A DNA stretch of 32,000 bases from Ignicoccus islandicus DSM 13165 (GTDB lineage Archaea > Thermoproteota > Thermoprotei_A > Sulfolobales > Ignicoccaceae): assembly GCF_001481685.1 (NCBI RefSeq), contig NZ_CP006867.1:330001-362000 (forward strand), in the 5' to 3' direction. Under the pieces are notes generated by a model that did no database searches, had not been told where the DNA came from, and saw nothing but the letters and a program-made list of their open reading frames with translations. A program made the translations under genes and the position numbers. Of the stretch, positions 1 through 8,251 are shown in pieces. Every line of letters begins with the position of its first letter. The stretch's first letter is position 1.

Positions 1-1360
1 CGTCGAAATAATGGTTGAAGCTCATAGGTTGGATGCAGTCGTAATGGTGACCAACTGCGACAAGATAACGCCGGGGTTCTTGCTGGCAGCTGCTAGGCTC
101 GAGGTACCAGTTATACTCATAAACGGAGGACCAATGATGCCCGGAAGTTACGATCACCAAAGGATAGACTTCAAGGACTTAATGGAAAGAATGAACGTCT
201 TGATAAAGGAAGGGAGAACAGAAGAGCTGAAGAAGTTAGAGGAGAGTGCGCTACCGGGTCCGGGGAGCTGCGCGGGCCTCTTCACTGCCAATACAATGAA
301 CATGCTAAGTGAGGCCATGGGTATGATGCTACCTGGGGCCTCCACAGTTCCAGCTACTGAAGCTAGGAGAATATGGTACGCCAAATGGACGGGCATGAGA
401 ATAGTGAAAATGATCGAAGAGGGTCTTACACCCGATAAGATACTCACTAGAAAGGCCCTAGAGAACGCTATAGCAGTTGATATGGCCCTGGGCGGTTCCA
501 CGAACTCCGTACTTCACTTGGAAGCACTAGCCTACGAACTGGGAATAGACTTACCTTTAGAGGTGTTTGACGAGATCAGTAGGAAGGTACCCCATATAGC
601 TTCCATATCGCCAGCAGGGAAGCACTTCGTTGTAGACTTGGATAGAGCCGGTGGAATTCCAGCGATATTAAAGGAACTCGGACTAAAGGGCTTGATACAC
701 AAGGACGCGTTAACTGTTACAGGCAAGACCGTTTGGGAGAACGTAAGGAACGCCCAAGTGTTAGATAGGGAAGTCATAAGACCCTTGGACGACCCGTACC
801 ATCCGTTCGGAGGCTTAGCCATTCTAAAGGGTTCCTTAGCTCCGAGGGGCGCCGTAGTGAAGGCCTCCGCAGTCGACAGGAAGCTGTGGAAGTTCAAGGG
901 AGTAGCTAGAGTATTTGATGGCGAAGAGAAGGCGGTAGAGGCCATAAGATCTGGTAGGATCGAACCGGGAAGCGTGATCGTAATTCGCTACGAGGGACCC
1001 AAGGGAGGTCCCGGCATGAGGGAAATGTTGACTGCCACTGCAGCAGTAATGGCGCTCGGTCTCGGAGAAAGCGTTGCGCTCGTTACGGACGGTAGGTTCT
1101 CTGGGGCCACGAGAGGTCCGGCAATAGGTCACGTATCGCCGGAGGCGGCCGAAGGAGGTCCGATAGCTCTAGTTAGGGACGGCGACGAAATCGTGATAGA
1201 TATAGAGAACAGGAAACTCGACTTACTGGTCGACGAGAAGGAACTGGAGGAAAGGAGGAAGGAGTGGAAGCCTCTCAAGAAGCCACTAAGGAGGGGAGTG
1301 TTGAGGAGGTACGCGAAAATGGCGTTAAGCGCTGATAAAGGAGGAGCTTTGGAATATTGA
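1..1360 (+). CDS. ilvD: Dihydroxy-acid dehydratase, C-terminal part (5' end outside window)
   Basis: ORF reads through to base 2 with no stop; motifs VTNCDKITPGF, GGSTNSVLHL, GPKGGPGMREML, TDGRFSGATRGPAIGHVSPEA typical of IlvD/Edd. Confidence 0.96.
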   Translation, partial: VEIMVEAHRLDAVVMVTNCDKITPGFLLAAARLEVPVILINGGPMMPGSYDHQRIDFKDLMERMNVLIKEGRTEELKKLEESALPGPGSCAGLFTANTMNMLSEAMGMMLPGASTVPATEARRIWYAKWTGMRIVKMIEEGLTPDKILTRKALENAIAVDMALGGSTNSVLHLEALAYELGIDLPLEVFDEISRKVPHIASISPAGKHFVVDLDRAGGIPAILKELGLKGLIHKDALTVTGKTVWENVRNAQVLDREVIRPLDDPYHPFGGLAILKGSLAPRGAVVKASAVDRKLWKFKGVARVFDGEEKAVEAIRSGRIEPGSVIVIRYEGPKGGPGMREMLTATAAVMALGLGESVALVTDGRFSGATRGPAIGHVSPEAAEGGPIALVRDGDEIVIDIENRKLDLLVDEKELEERRKEWKPLKKPLRRGVLRRYAKMALSADKGGALEY

Positions 1361-1370
1361 AAAATTAACT

Positions 1371-1691
1371 TTAACCGAAGAGGGCTCCCAAGCCGGCTGA
1401 GAGCTCCTCCTCGCTCACTTCCTCCTTCTTCTCTTCCTCTTCCTCCTTCTCTTCCTTCTTCTCCTCAGCAGCCGGAGCAGCTGCCGGGGCGGCTACTGGA
1501 GCTGCAGCCACTGGCAAGGCCGCGCTCTTCAATACCTCGTCAATGTTCACTTCCTTCAAGGCGGCTACCAATGCCTTTACCCTGGTCTCGTCCACTTGAA
1601 CTCCTGCCGCCTCTAGGACCTTCTTTATTGCCTCCTCGGTTATCTCCTTACCGGCGCTATGGAGCAAGAGGGAAGCGTATATGTACTCCAT
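1371..1691 (-). CDS. rpl12: Ribosomal protein P1/L12 (archaeal stalk protein)
   Basis: 106 aa; [45 protein letters not shown], Ala-rich hinge, acidic/Lys tail ending GLGALFG. Confidence 0.95.
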   Translation of the reverse strand: MEYIYASLLLHSAGKEITEEAIKKVLEAAGVQVDETRVKALVAALKEVNIDEVLKSAALPVAAAPVAAPAAAPAAEEKKEEKEEEEEKKEEVSEEELSAGLGALFG

Positions 1692-1858
1692 CGTTCCACC
1701 GACTGATAAAGGCAGATAGATGGATTAAAATGGGTTCCGCTTTATGCGTTGAGGCGTCAGATGGTTTGCTAACGCTCATCGTCTCGCTCTGGGACGGCCT
1801 CTTCATCCGCCAACTAGCGTTTGACCTCGGTATTATACTCTAGGCGTTTATTGAGTAA

Positions 1859-2995
1859 TTGGAAGCGGGAAAGTTGAAGCAATACGTAGTTAACGATCTC
1901 TCTAAATTAAGTAAAATATATATTGGTGAAGAATTGGATCCATTGGAACTGATAGATTTAGTGCCGGAAAGTTTAGAGAGGGCTAGGAACCTACTCGAGA
2001 GGGCGTTAGGTAAGAAGGTAGAGCCTTACGAGTGCGATGAACTATGTATGACATTAGGTTATAAGATAGCCGTCATAGTGGCTGCAGTACTAAAGGATAA
2101 GTGGTTACAAAACAAATTAGCTAACTTCGTAGCTATGGAAATAGCCAAGTCCTTAAATAAAGACGATCTCGTATCAACGATTACCTTGCTAAGGAAGCTA
2201 GGTTACGACGTTACCGACTTGGACGAACCCCTTCAAGTACCGATTAAGGTTCATAGAGGAGTTGTTCTACCGGAGGTCTACCCCGTTAAGATCCACTTAA
2301 TATCTTACGTTAAATTGGCTAAGAGGTTTCTAAGCGATCCACATTGGAAAGTGGTTAATAAACCCTTGCTCAATGGATTCGTGTACTTGAAGCCCGATGA
2401 GATCATTAGGTTAGCTCAGGAAGCCGTCTACTCGAAGGTAATTCAAGACGTTAAGGAAATAGGTAACTTGGAAGTAAGCGATTTACCGAATAGGTTGAGG
2501 GAGATAGTGGAAGAGCTCTCTTCTGCAATCAGGAAAACTGTAGTTAAGAGAAAGAGAGTTGAGGAAAGCGTAAAGGGCTTGTACCCTGAAGCTCTACCCC
2601 CATGCATTAAGTCAATATACGCGAGGGCCTTGGAAGGAGCTAACCTTTCTCATCAAGAGAGGTTCACCTTAGCTACGTTCCTGTTAAACATAGGGTTGGA
2701 CGTTGACGAAGTACTCGAAGTGTTTTCTAGAGCACCAGATTTCAACGAAAAGATAGCTCGATATCAAATAGAGCACTTAGCGGGCCTCAGAGGTTCTAGG
2801 AAGAAATACTCTCCGCCCTCTTGTAAGACCTTAGTTTCGTGGAACTTATGCCCTACTAAGGAGGAATGCAAAGCAAATCATCCATTAAGTGAGTACAAGA
2901 GGAGGCTAAGGGCGAGGAGGAAAAGTGATGCACAAGGTAATGGTAGCGATATTGAAGGGGTATCGCGAATGGACGGAGGAACTCGGGAGCGATAG
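1859..2995 (+). CDS. priL: DNA primase large subunit PriL
   Basis: 378 aa; C-terminal region with cysteines and LPPCIKSIY.. YQIEHLAGLRGSRKKYSPPSCKTLVSWNLCPTKEECKANHPLSEYKRR typical of the 4Fe-4S domain of archaeal/eukaryotic primase large subunit. Confidence 0.85.
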   Translation: MEAGKLKQYVVNDLSKLSKIYIGEELDPLELIDLVPESLERARNLLERALGKKVEPYECDELCMTLGYKIAVIVAAVLKDKWLQNKLANFVAMEIAKSLNKDDLVSTITLLRKLGYDVTDLDEPLQVPIKVHRGVVLPEVYPVKIHLISYVKLAKRFLSDPHWKVVNKPLLNGFVYLKPDEIIRLAQEAVYSKVIQDVKEIGNLEVSDLPNRLREIVEELSSAIRKTVVKRKRVEESVKGLYPEALPPCIKSIYARALEGANLSHQERFTLATFLLNIGLDVDEVLEVFSRAPDFNEKIARYQIEHLAGLRGSRKKYSPPSCKTLVSWNLCPTKEECKANHPLSEYKRRLRARRKSDAQGNGSDIEGVSRMDGGTRER

Positions 2996-3578
2996 GGAGT
3001 GGAAAATTCAATTAGTTCAAGCATCGATCGAGAAGATTGCAAGTGAAGAAGCAGCGAAGTGTAACTCGTTCTACGTTCCGCACAGAAAGGACGTTCTGAT
3101 CTTTCTAGCAAACGGTGTAGAAGAAGAGTGCTTAAGAGAAGTAATTAGTAAAATAGAGAAGGTATCGCCCGTTCCCGTTGAAACCAGTATAGGGTGTGGT
3201 TCCACTCCCTTGAGCGCTCTGAGAGGCGAATCGAGGAAGTGCGAAGGCAGCGACGTCGCCGTAGTTCATATAGACTTAAACTACTTCTCCAAAGACGAGA
3301 TCTACTCAGCATACGTAAGGGCAATGAACAACTACTCCACCCTCTTAAACCTTTTCTTAGGGGTAGGTGGTATTGGGGCTTACTTAGGCGGGGATAACTT
3401 CGTCTTCTTCATTGACCCTAAGGACTTACATATAATAGATGAGGTTAAAATGATTTTAAAGGACGCCAAGATCGGAGTGGGTATAGGCAAAAACCCAAGG
3501 GAAGCTCTATCTAAGGCGGCGTCTTCTCTAAAGTTTCTTAGAGAGAATAGAAATCTGAGGTCCTATTTAATACAGTAA
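2940..3578 (+). CDS. gch3: GTP cyclohydrolase III (ArfA type)
   Basis: ORF opens with GTG at 2925; the ATG at 2940 (MVAILKGYREWTEELGSDREWKIQ) fits the family N-terminus better. Motifs VAVVHIDLNYF and GGIGAYLGGDNFVFF. Confidence 0.85.
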   Translation: MVAILKGYREWTEELGSDREWKIQLVQASIEKIASEEAAKCNSFYVPHRKDVLIFLANGVEEECLREVISKIEKVSPVPVETSIGCGSTPLSALRGESRKCEGSDVAVVHIDLNYFSKDEIYSAYVRAMNNYSTLLNLFLGVGGIGAYLGGDNFVFFIDPKDLHIIDEVKMILKDAKIGVGIGKNPREALSKAASSLKFLRENRNLRSYLIQ

Positions 3579-3608
3579 CGGAGAGATACCGAACACGGGA
3601 ACTCATGC

Positions 3609-4724
3609 TTGAACGTAAGGGTACCTTACGCTTTAGTGGGCGAGGACCTAGAACTAGTAGAGGAAGTCACAATAATTCTCAATAATCAAGGGATTGAGGC
3701 AATAGAAGAGGGTTGGGACTCGAAAGGGATACTGGTGAACGCGCTTGCTATGCCATCTCTATTTAACGCTCACATCCACTTGGGCGATTCCGTTATCTTG
3801 GAAAGGTGGATAAACAAGGAGCTAAGCGATATAGTAGACCCAAGGAAGGGTTTGAAGATAAGAGCGTTTGAAAAGGTTAAGGACGAACAAATGATAAAGT
3901 CAATGAGCCAGACATTGGGTTTACTGAAGTTAATTGGAGTGTTTGGGGTTAGCGACTTCCGTGAAGAAGGTTACAAGGGCGTTAAGAAGGGGCTGAGCGC
4001 GGCCGAAAGGGCGAACTTCGAAGGTTACTTACCATTCGCCAGGGCCTCTTCCTTGGAAGAGGGTCTTAAAGTGCTCAAGATATCCCACGGCCTCGGCTTG
4101 CCCGAGCCTACTTATCCAGACCCTAACATAGCTCGAAAGCTCTCGGAAATCTTCAAGAACGCCGGTAAACCTGTTGGAACGCACGTAGCTGAAGTAGGCG
4201 GTAGAGAGGAACTCTATCAAGCCTTCGAATTAGGAGTGGATTTCGTCGTGCATGGCGTAAACTTGGAACTAGAGGACTTTGAGGAACTCAGGAAGAGGAA
4301 CGTAGCAATAGTATTTTGTACCAGAGCTAACAACTGGTTTAAATTAGAACCTAAATTGAAATACGCCATAGAGGCAGACGTGAAGTTCTTAATAGGGACC
4401 GATAACGTTGCTTGGACTAAACCAGACCTTTGGAGGGAAATGGAATTAATTTCGATAAAGCTTAGGAAAGACGGATTATTCGATGAAGAAATAGCGAAGA
4501 GGATACTAAAAGCGTCAACTGTCTGGGCGCAAGACGTGATGAAGGTTCCGTGGAGGATACCTTTAGAGAAGGGTTCAGACGGATTCTTCTTACTATTGGA
4601 TATAGAGAGATTGGGTTTCGAGAACTCGCCTAATAAGTATTCAGTGATAGTGAAAAGAGGTGGACCCGAAACCATAGTTGGATACATAATACGGGGACAG
4701 TTCCATCAGAAGGTAATGTGTTGA
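3609..4724 (+). CDS. Amidohydrolase-superfamily protein (metal-dependent hydrolase, deaminase-like)
   Basis: 371 aa, TTG start; FNAHIHLGDS, GTHVAE, FVVHGVNL, GTDNVAWTKPDLWREME correspond to His/Asp metal ligands of the amidohydrolase TIM barrel. Confidence 0.75.
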   Translation: MNVRVPYALVGEDLELVEEVTIILNNQGIEAIEEGWDSKGILVNALAMPSLFNAHIHLGDSVILERWINKELSDIVDPRKGLKIRAFEKVKDEQMIKSMSQTLGLLKLIGVFGVSDFREEGYKGVKKGLSAAERANFEGYLPFARASSLEEGLKVLKISHGLGLPEPTYPDPNIARKLSEIFKNAGKPVGTHVAEVGGREELYQAFELGVDFVVHGVNLELEDFEELRKRNVAIVFCTRANNWFKLEPKLKYAIEADVKFLIGTDNVAWTKPDLWREMELISIKLRKDGLFDEEIAKRILKASTVWAQDVMKVPWRIPLEKGSDGFFLLLDIERLGFENSPNKYSVIVKRGGPETIVGYIIRGQFHQKVMC

Positions 4725-4727
4725 AAA

Positions 4728-4832
4728 TGGAGCCGGGGCCGGGATTCGAACCCGGGAAAGATCGGGTATCGACAGGCGGAGGCCTATACGCCACTGCAGC
4801 CCGACCCCTTAGGCCACTCGGGCACCCCGGCA
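4728..4832 (-). tRNA. tRNA-Cys (GCA), intron-containing, CCA encoded
   Basis: Minus strand: acceptor GCCGGGG/CCCCGGC, discriminator T then CCA; anticodon stem TCGGG/CCCGA, loop CTGCAG-A with GCA; T arm CCGGG-TTCGAAT-CCCGG. U73 discriminator fits tRNA-Cys. Confidence 0.88.
4768..4793 (-). other. 26-nt tRNA intron between positions 37 and 38 of tRNA-Cys
   Basis: TGGCGTATAGGCCTCCGCCTGTCGAT interrupts the anticodon loop; contains GGCG/CGCC internal stem. Removing it restores a 7-nt loop CTGCAGA. Confidence 0.75.
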
Positions 4833-4862
4833 TGTGAAGGATTGGAATAATCATTTTTAAGC

Positions 4863-6218
4863 TTATACTAAGGCACTTAAAACAACTGTAAGGAACGATC
4901 CTATTACGCCCAACTTTATCGCATTGGTAATGTTGCTCCTCACTTCCTTCTTATATATGAGGTCTCCCATGCTCAAGTACTCTATTTCCCGTCTTCGATA
5001 ACTGTTGGAGAGACTTAAGTTGCGAAGTACTTCGAATGACTTAACGTCGCTAACCTCGTACTTAGTTCGACCGAACCCTGCGCAAGTGTGGTCGTCTAAA
5101 GTGGATACTTCCATGAGACCCTCCCTAACTAACTCGTCTCTATTACCTCTTCTCATGTTGTTTCCGAAAACTACGAGCCAACTCCTAGTACCTCTCTCAC
5201 AAGACAAATTCAACAAGATTCCCTTGTCCCAGCAAAGTCCTTTACCATTCACTTGAACCTCCTTAACGCTCTCGAAAACGCACTCGTCTTTCCAAATTTC
5301 CTTAAGGTTCCTGAGCTCCTTTTCGAGTACTTCAGCCTTTACGGGCTCCCCTTCGTTATTATGCGGATCAGCGATTTCTACTCCGTAGTCCCCACATTCT
5401 AGGTCATCGGCGCCGTTTTTGTGGTATATTACTTTGATTCCGTTTAGCCCTAAGCATTCTATTTCCTCACCTTCTTCCTTCCTAACTTCAATTACGTTCT
5501 TCGAGTCTTCTTCACCTTTCGCCACCTTCAGAGCTAGTTTGAAGGTCTCCCATCTGTTAGCCGGGTTGTTCTCGTGAGATCCGCAAAGCCTGTGAGGAAT
5601 TCTTCCATTTACGAATAACAAATATGGGAAGAGCGTTCCCATGGAATATCTCATTAAGCCGAAGTGAACGTCCGTAAACGTAATCGGTCCCAGGCTTAAT
5701 ACTTTAGCTATCCTTTTCTTTCCGTACTTCGTTACGATTTCCTCCAAGTGAACGTAGTCATCGCCCATCCACGCCCGGAGCCACGCTATCCCTAGAGGCA
5801 TTACCCCCTTGACGTGACCGTACGTTGAAACTAACCATACCGGTAGCAAGGCCAGTAAAGACTTAGGAAAGAAAGGTATCAATGGAAGTATTGCAACGAT
5901 CTCGATGAGCGGATGGGCTATTGCAAGGACGGACACCATAGAATATAAAGCTACAGATAGCTCCGGTTTCGCTAACATTAGAACGTTCGAAACGGCATAT
6001 AGAAAACCCAACCTCCTACCGTTCAGGATCCTGTTTTCGTAAAACAGTATTGTGAAGTACGCTTGTTGTACGAGCGCTAGGACTAGGAGTTCCTTCTTTA
6101 ATCCTAGAACCGCGTAACTTGCGAGTAGCGAAACGAATATCGCTTCGTTTGGAGGTAAGGTAAAGAGTAGTTTATAGTATTTTAATATCTCCTTCAAGTT
6201 CGCGTGCCGGGTAGTCAA
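4863..6218 (-). CDS. Archaeal membrane protein, DUF2070-like
   Basis: 451 aa; N-terminal hydrophobic half, then TDVHFG, VEIADPHNN, WLVVFGNNM, MEVSTLDDHTCAG motifs and a C-terminal TM segment; pattern recalls DUF2070 proteins. Confidence 0.6.
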   Translation of the reverse strand: MTTRHANLKEILKYYKLLFTLPPNEAIFVSLLASYAVLGLKKELLVLALVQQAYFTILFYENRILNGRRLGFLYAVSNVLMLAKPELSVALYSMVSVLAIAHPLIEIVAILPLIPFFPKSLLALLPVWLVSTYGHVKGVMPLGIAWLRAWMGDDYVHLEEIVTKYGKKRIAKVLSLGPITFTDVHFGLMRYSMGTLFPYLLFVNGRIPHRLCGSHENNPANRWETFKLALKVAKGEEDSKNVIEVRKEEGEEIECLGLNGIKVIYHKNGADDLECGDYGVEIADPHNNEGEPVKAEVLEKELRNLKEIWKDECVFESVKEVQVNGKGLCWDKGILLNLSCERGTRSWLVVFGNNMRRGNRDELVREGLMEVSTLDDHTCAGFGRTKYEVSDVKSFEVLRNLSLSNSYRRREIEYLSMGDLIYKKEVRSNITNAIKLGVIGSFLTVVLSALV

Positions 6219-6220
6219 TT

Positions 6221-6439
6221 TTGGGTAAAGTAATAATAACGTTCGATGGGACCGTTTACTGTTACGTAAAGGTTGACGAGAAAGGAGAGGCCTTAGAGAG
6301 AGTGTGTTGCGAGAACGCGAAGGAGGTTATTTCAAAAACGCAATGTACTATTAGCGGATATTCCGATAGACCGGGATTCATTATGGAATGCGATGGAGTT
6401 GCTGAATGCAGTGAGGGACGCTTGATTACTTACACTTGA
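6221..6439 (+). CDS. Small Cys-containing hypothetical protein (72 aa)
   Basis: TTG start; ORF MGKVIITFDGTVYCYVKVDEKGEALERVCCENAKEV...; divergent from 4863-6218 with 2-nt gap. Confidence 0.45.
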   Translation: MGKVIITFDGTVYCYVKVDEKGEALERVCCENAKEVISKTQCTISGYSDRPGFIMECDGVAECSEGRLITYT

Positions 6440-6599
6440 CGTTCAAGTTCTCAATACATATTTTAAGTTTCTTAATGACATCGCAGATGTTCTTTTTAGG
6501 AACAATTGCTAAACCACCCATATCGTTTTCTAGCAAAAACATATCCTTGAGTTCCTTCTTTATTCTAACTGTCTGGACACACTCAATGTCGTCGAACAT
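6426..6599 (-). CDS. Small hypothetical protein (57 aa), below the size cut-off of the provided ORF track
   Basis: Hand-translated minus strand: MFDDIECVQTVRIKKELKDMFLLENDMGGLAIVPKKNICDVIKKLKICIENLNVKCK*. Starts 7 nt after the stop of the upstream ORF (6607-6987). Confidence 0.5.
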   Translation of the reverse strand: MFDDIECVQTVRIKKELKDMFLLENDMGGLAIVPKKNICDVIKKLKICIENLNVKCK

Positions 6600-6606
6600 T
6601 TTCGGT

Positions 6607-6987
6607 TCACACTAAGGGTAGGTCTAGGAAGTCCATCGGGAGCCTCTTCCCTTTAGACGTTATTTCGTCGTACTTCTTGGCCAAGTACTTAATGAAGACG
6701 GGGCAACCATCGAACTTACCGGCCCTATCGCACTTGTAATCCATTTCTAGGAAGCACTTACCAGTTCTCTTATCATAATAAGGACATAGCTTGTGATACT
6801 TCTTAGCCGACATCATTATTTGTCTAACCCACTTGTACTTTGGATCGTCCTTCTTAGTTAGGTCCTCAGTTTCTACTCCAGTGGTACTTTCAAGTAACTT
6901 TTCCAAATCCTTATCGCTAACGGTCTTATGCATTACGTCCTCACCTCCTGAACGCAATTGAATATTACAATTAGACGTCCTCGACAC
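6607..6987 (-). CDS. Conserved-looking small Cys-rich protein; true start probably the internal Met of MHKTVSDKDLEK
   Basis: CPYYDKRTGKCFLEMDYKCDRAGKFDGCPVFIKYLAKKYDEI with 4 regularly placed Cys; GAGGTGAGG SD-like sequence before MHKTV. Confidence 0.65.
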   Translation of the reverse strand: MSRTSNCNIQLRSGGEDVMHKTVSDKDLEKLLESTTGVETEDLTKKDDPKYKWVRQIMMSAKKYHKLCPYYDKRTGKCFLEMDYKCDRAGKFDGCPVFIKYLAKKYDEITSKGKRLPMDFLDLPLV

Positions 6988-7082
6988 TTCATATCAGCGA
7001 ACAAATTAAAGTCTAATAGTTTCGGTGTGCTTGCAATCGCAGAAAATTCAAATCCATTCGTTCGAAACTTACTCGAAGTGCG

Positions 7083-8228
7083 TTGAGCGAAATTGAAAAA
7101 TTAGAGAAAATGGCAGTGTTGCTATCCCTTCCCGGAACGGCCTTACTAGTGTTACTACCATTGTACATAAAGGATCTAGGCGGTAGCAGCGAGCTAATAG
7201 GTATAGCGAGCAGCGTTGGCCCGATCTCCTTCTCTATTGTCAGGTTAATAGGAGGGGCTGCCACAGATATGTTTGGAAGGAAGAGCACGTTCTTATTTGG
7301 AATAGCCCTGTATACCCTCGGACTCCTAGTGTTAGCCATTGCGCCCGATGCCAACGCCGTGGCCCTAGGTGGTTCCCTCAGTGGAGCTGGAGCCATGATA
7401 GCGATGACTTCCGCAATAGTAATGGTTGCAGACGTTGCGGGGTTCGCGGAAATTTACGGTAGATTGACTAGCAAGATGGCCTTAGGGGGAGTAATTGGAG
7501 CGGTGGTACCTTTCTCGTTATTGTACTTCTTCCCAGAAGTAGTAGCCTTCAGAGCCTCTTTTCTAATATACTTCTTAACGTCCCTATATTCAACGTTCAA
7601 GTCGTTAGAACTGAGGGAAACCAAACCACCGAAGGCTGTAATATCGTTTGAGTTCACTCGCGAGTGGTTTATTGCAACCGTGATAGGTTCCCTAGTTTCA
7701 ATTGCTTCTGGCATGGTAACGCCTTTCTATCCAGTCTTCGTTGCCTCGAAGTTCGAATTGAACGCTAATGACGTTATGCTTACTTACATTCCCTCTGCCA
7801 TATCAGCCATTGGATCGCCCAGGATAGCTGGAATGTTCGACCCCCTTTACACGTTGGTTCTATTTAGTGCAATTGGCACCATAGGATCATTGACAATAGT
7901 TATAGGTGGCTTGGCACTAGCAGCCATTGGCTTAGCGTTAGTGGTCGGCGCCGTTGGTGGGTGTACTGTAGCTCAAGACGCATTGGTTGCTAAGGGCTGT
8001 AAGAGGTCATGCGGTTTCATGATAGGCCTCTATGCCGCCGTAACTCAATTCTTCATGGGTATAGGATCGCTAGTGGCTGGAATAATTTACTCGTATCGTG
8101 GCGATCTAGTTTTCGGTACCGCCGCCGTGGCGTTGTTCCTATCAACCGTTCTATCGGCGACCTTCTTAGGACTGAATGCTTTAAAGGGCGGAACCAGATC
8201 CTTATTTGGTCACAAGACGGGACATTAG
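7083..8228 (+). CDS. Major facilitator superfamily transporter
   Basis: 381 aa, about 10-12 hydrophobic helices, GGAATDMFGRKSTFLFG (MFS loop 2-3 motif) and SGAGAMIAMTSAIVMVADV. Confidence 0.8.
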   Translation: MSEIEKLEKMAVLLSLPGTALLVLLPLYIKDLGGSSELIGIASSVGPISFSIVRLIGGAATDMFGRKSTFLFGIALYTLGLLVLAIAPDANAVALGGSLSGAGAMIAMTSAIVMVADVAGFAEIYGRLTSKMALGGVIGAVVPFSLLYFFPEVVAFRASFLIYFLTSLYSTFKSLELRETKPPKAVISFEFTREWFIATVIGSLVSIASGMVTPFYPVFVASKFELNANDVMLTYIPSAISAIGSPRIAGMFDPLYTLVLFSAIGTIGSLTIVIGGLALAAIGLALVVGAVGGCTVAQDALVAKGCKRSCGFMIGLYAAVTQFFMGIGSLVAGIIYSYRGDLVFGTAAVALFLSTVLSATFLGLNALKGGTRSLFGHKTGH

Positions 8229-8251
8229 TAACTATCGTCCGGTGTTGAGCT

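Noticed and set aside
154-945. Antisense ORFs 154..501 and 532..945 within ilvD
   Set aside because: Shadow ORFs opposite a strongly conserved CDS.
4630-4854. 74-aa + strand ORF across tRNA-Cys (RPPPVDTRSFPGSNPGPGS)
   Set aside because: Encoded by the antisense of a clear tRNA; typical spurious tRNA-overlapping ORF.
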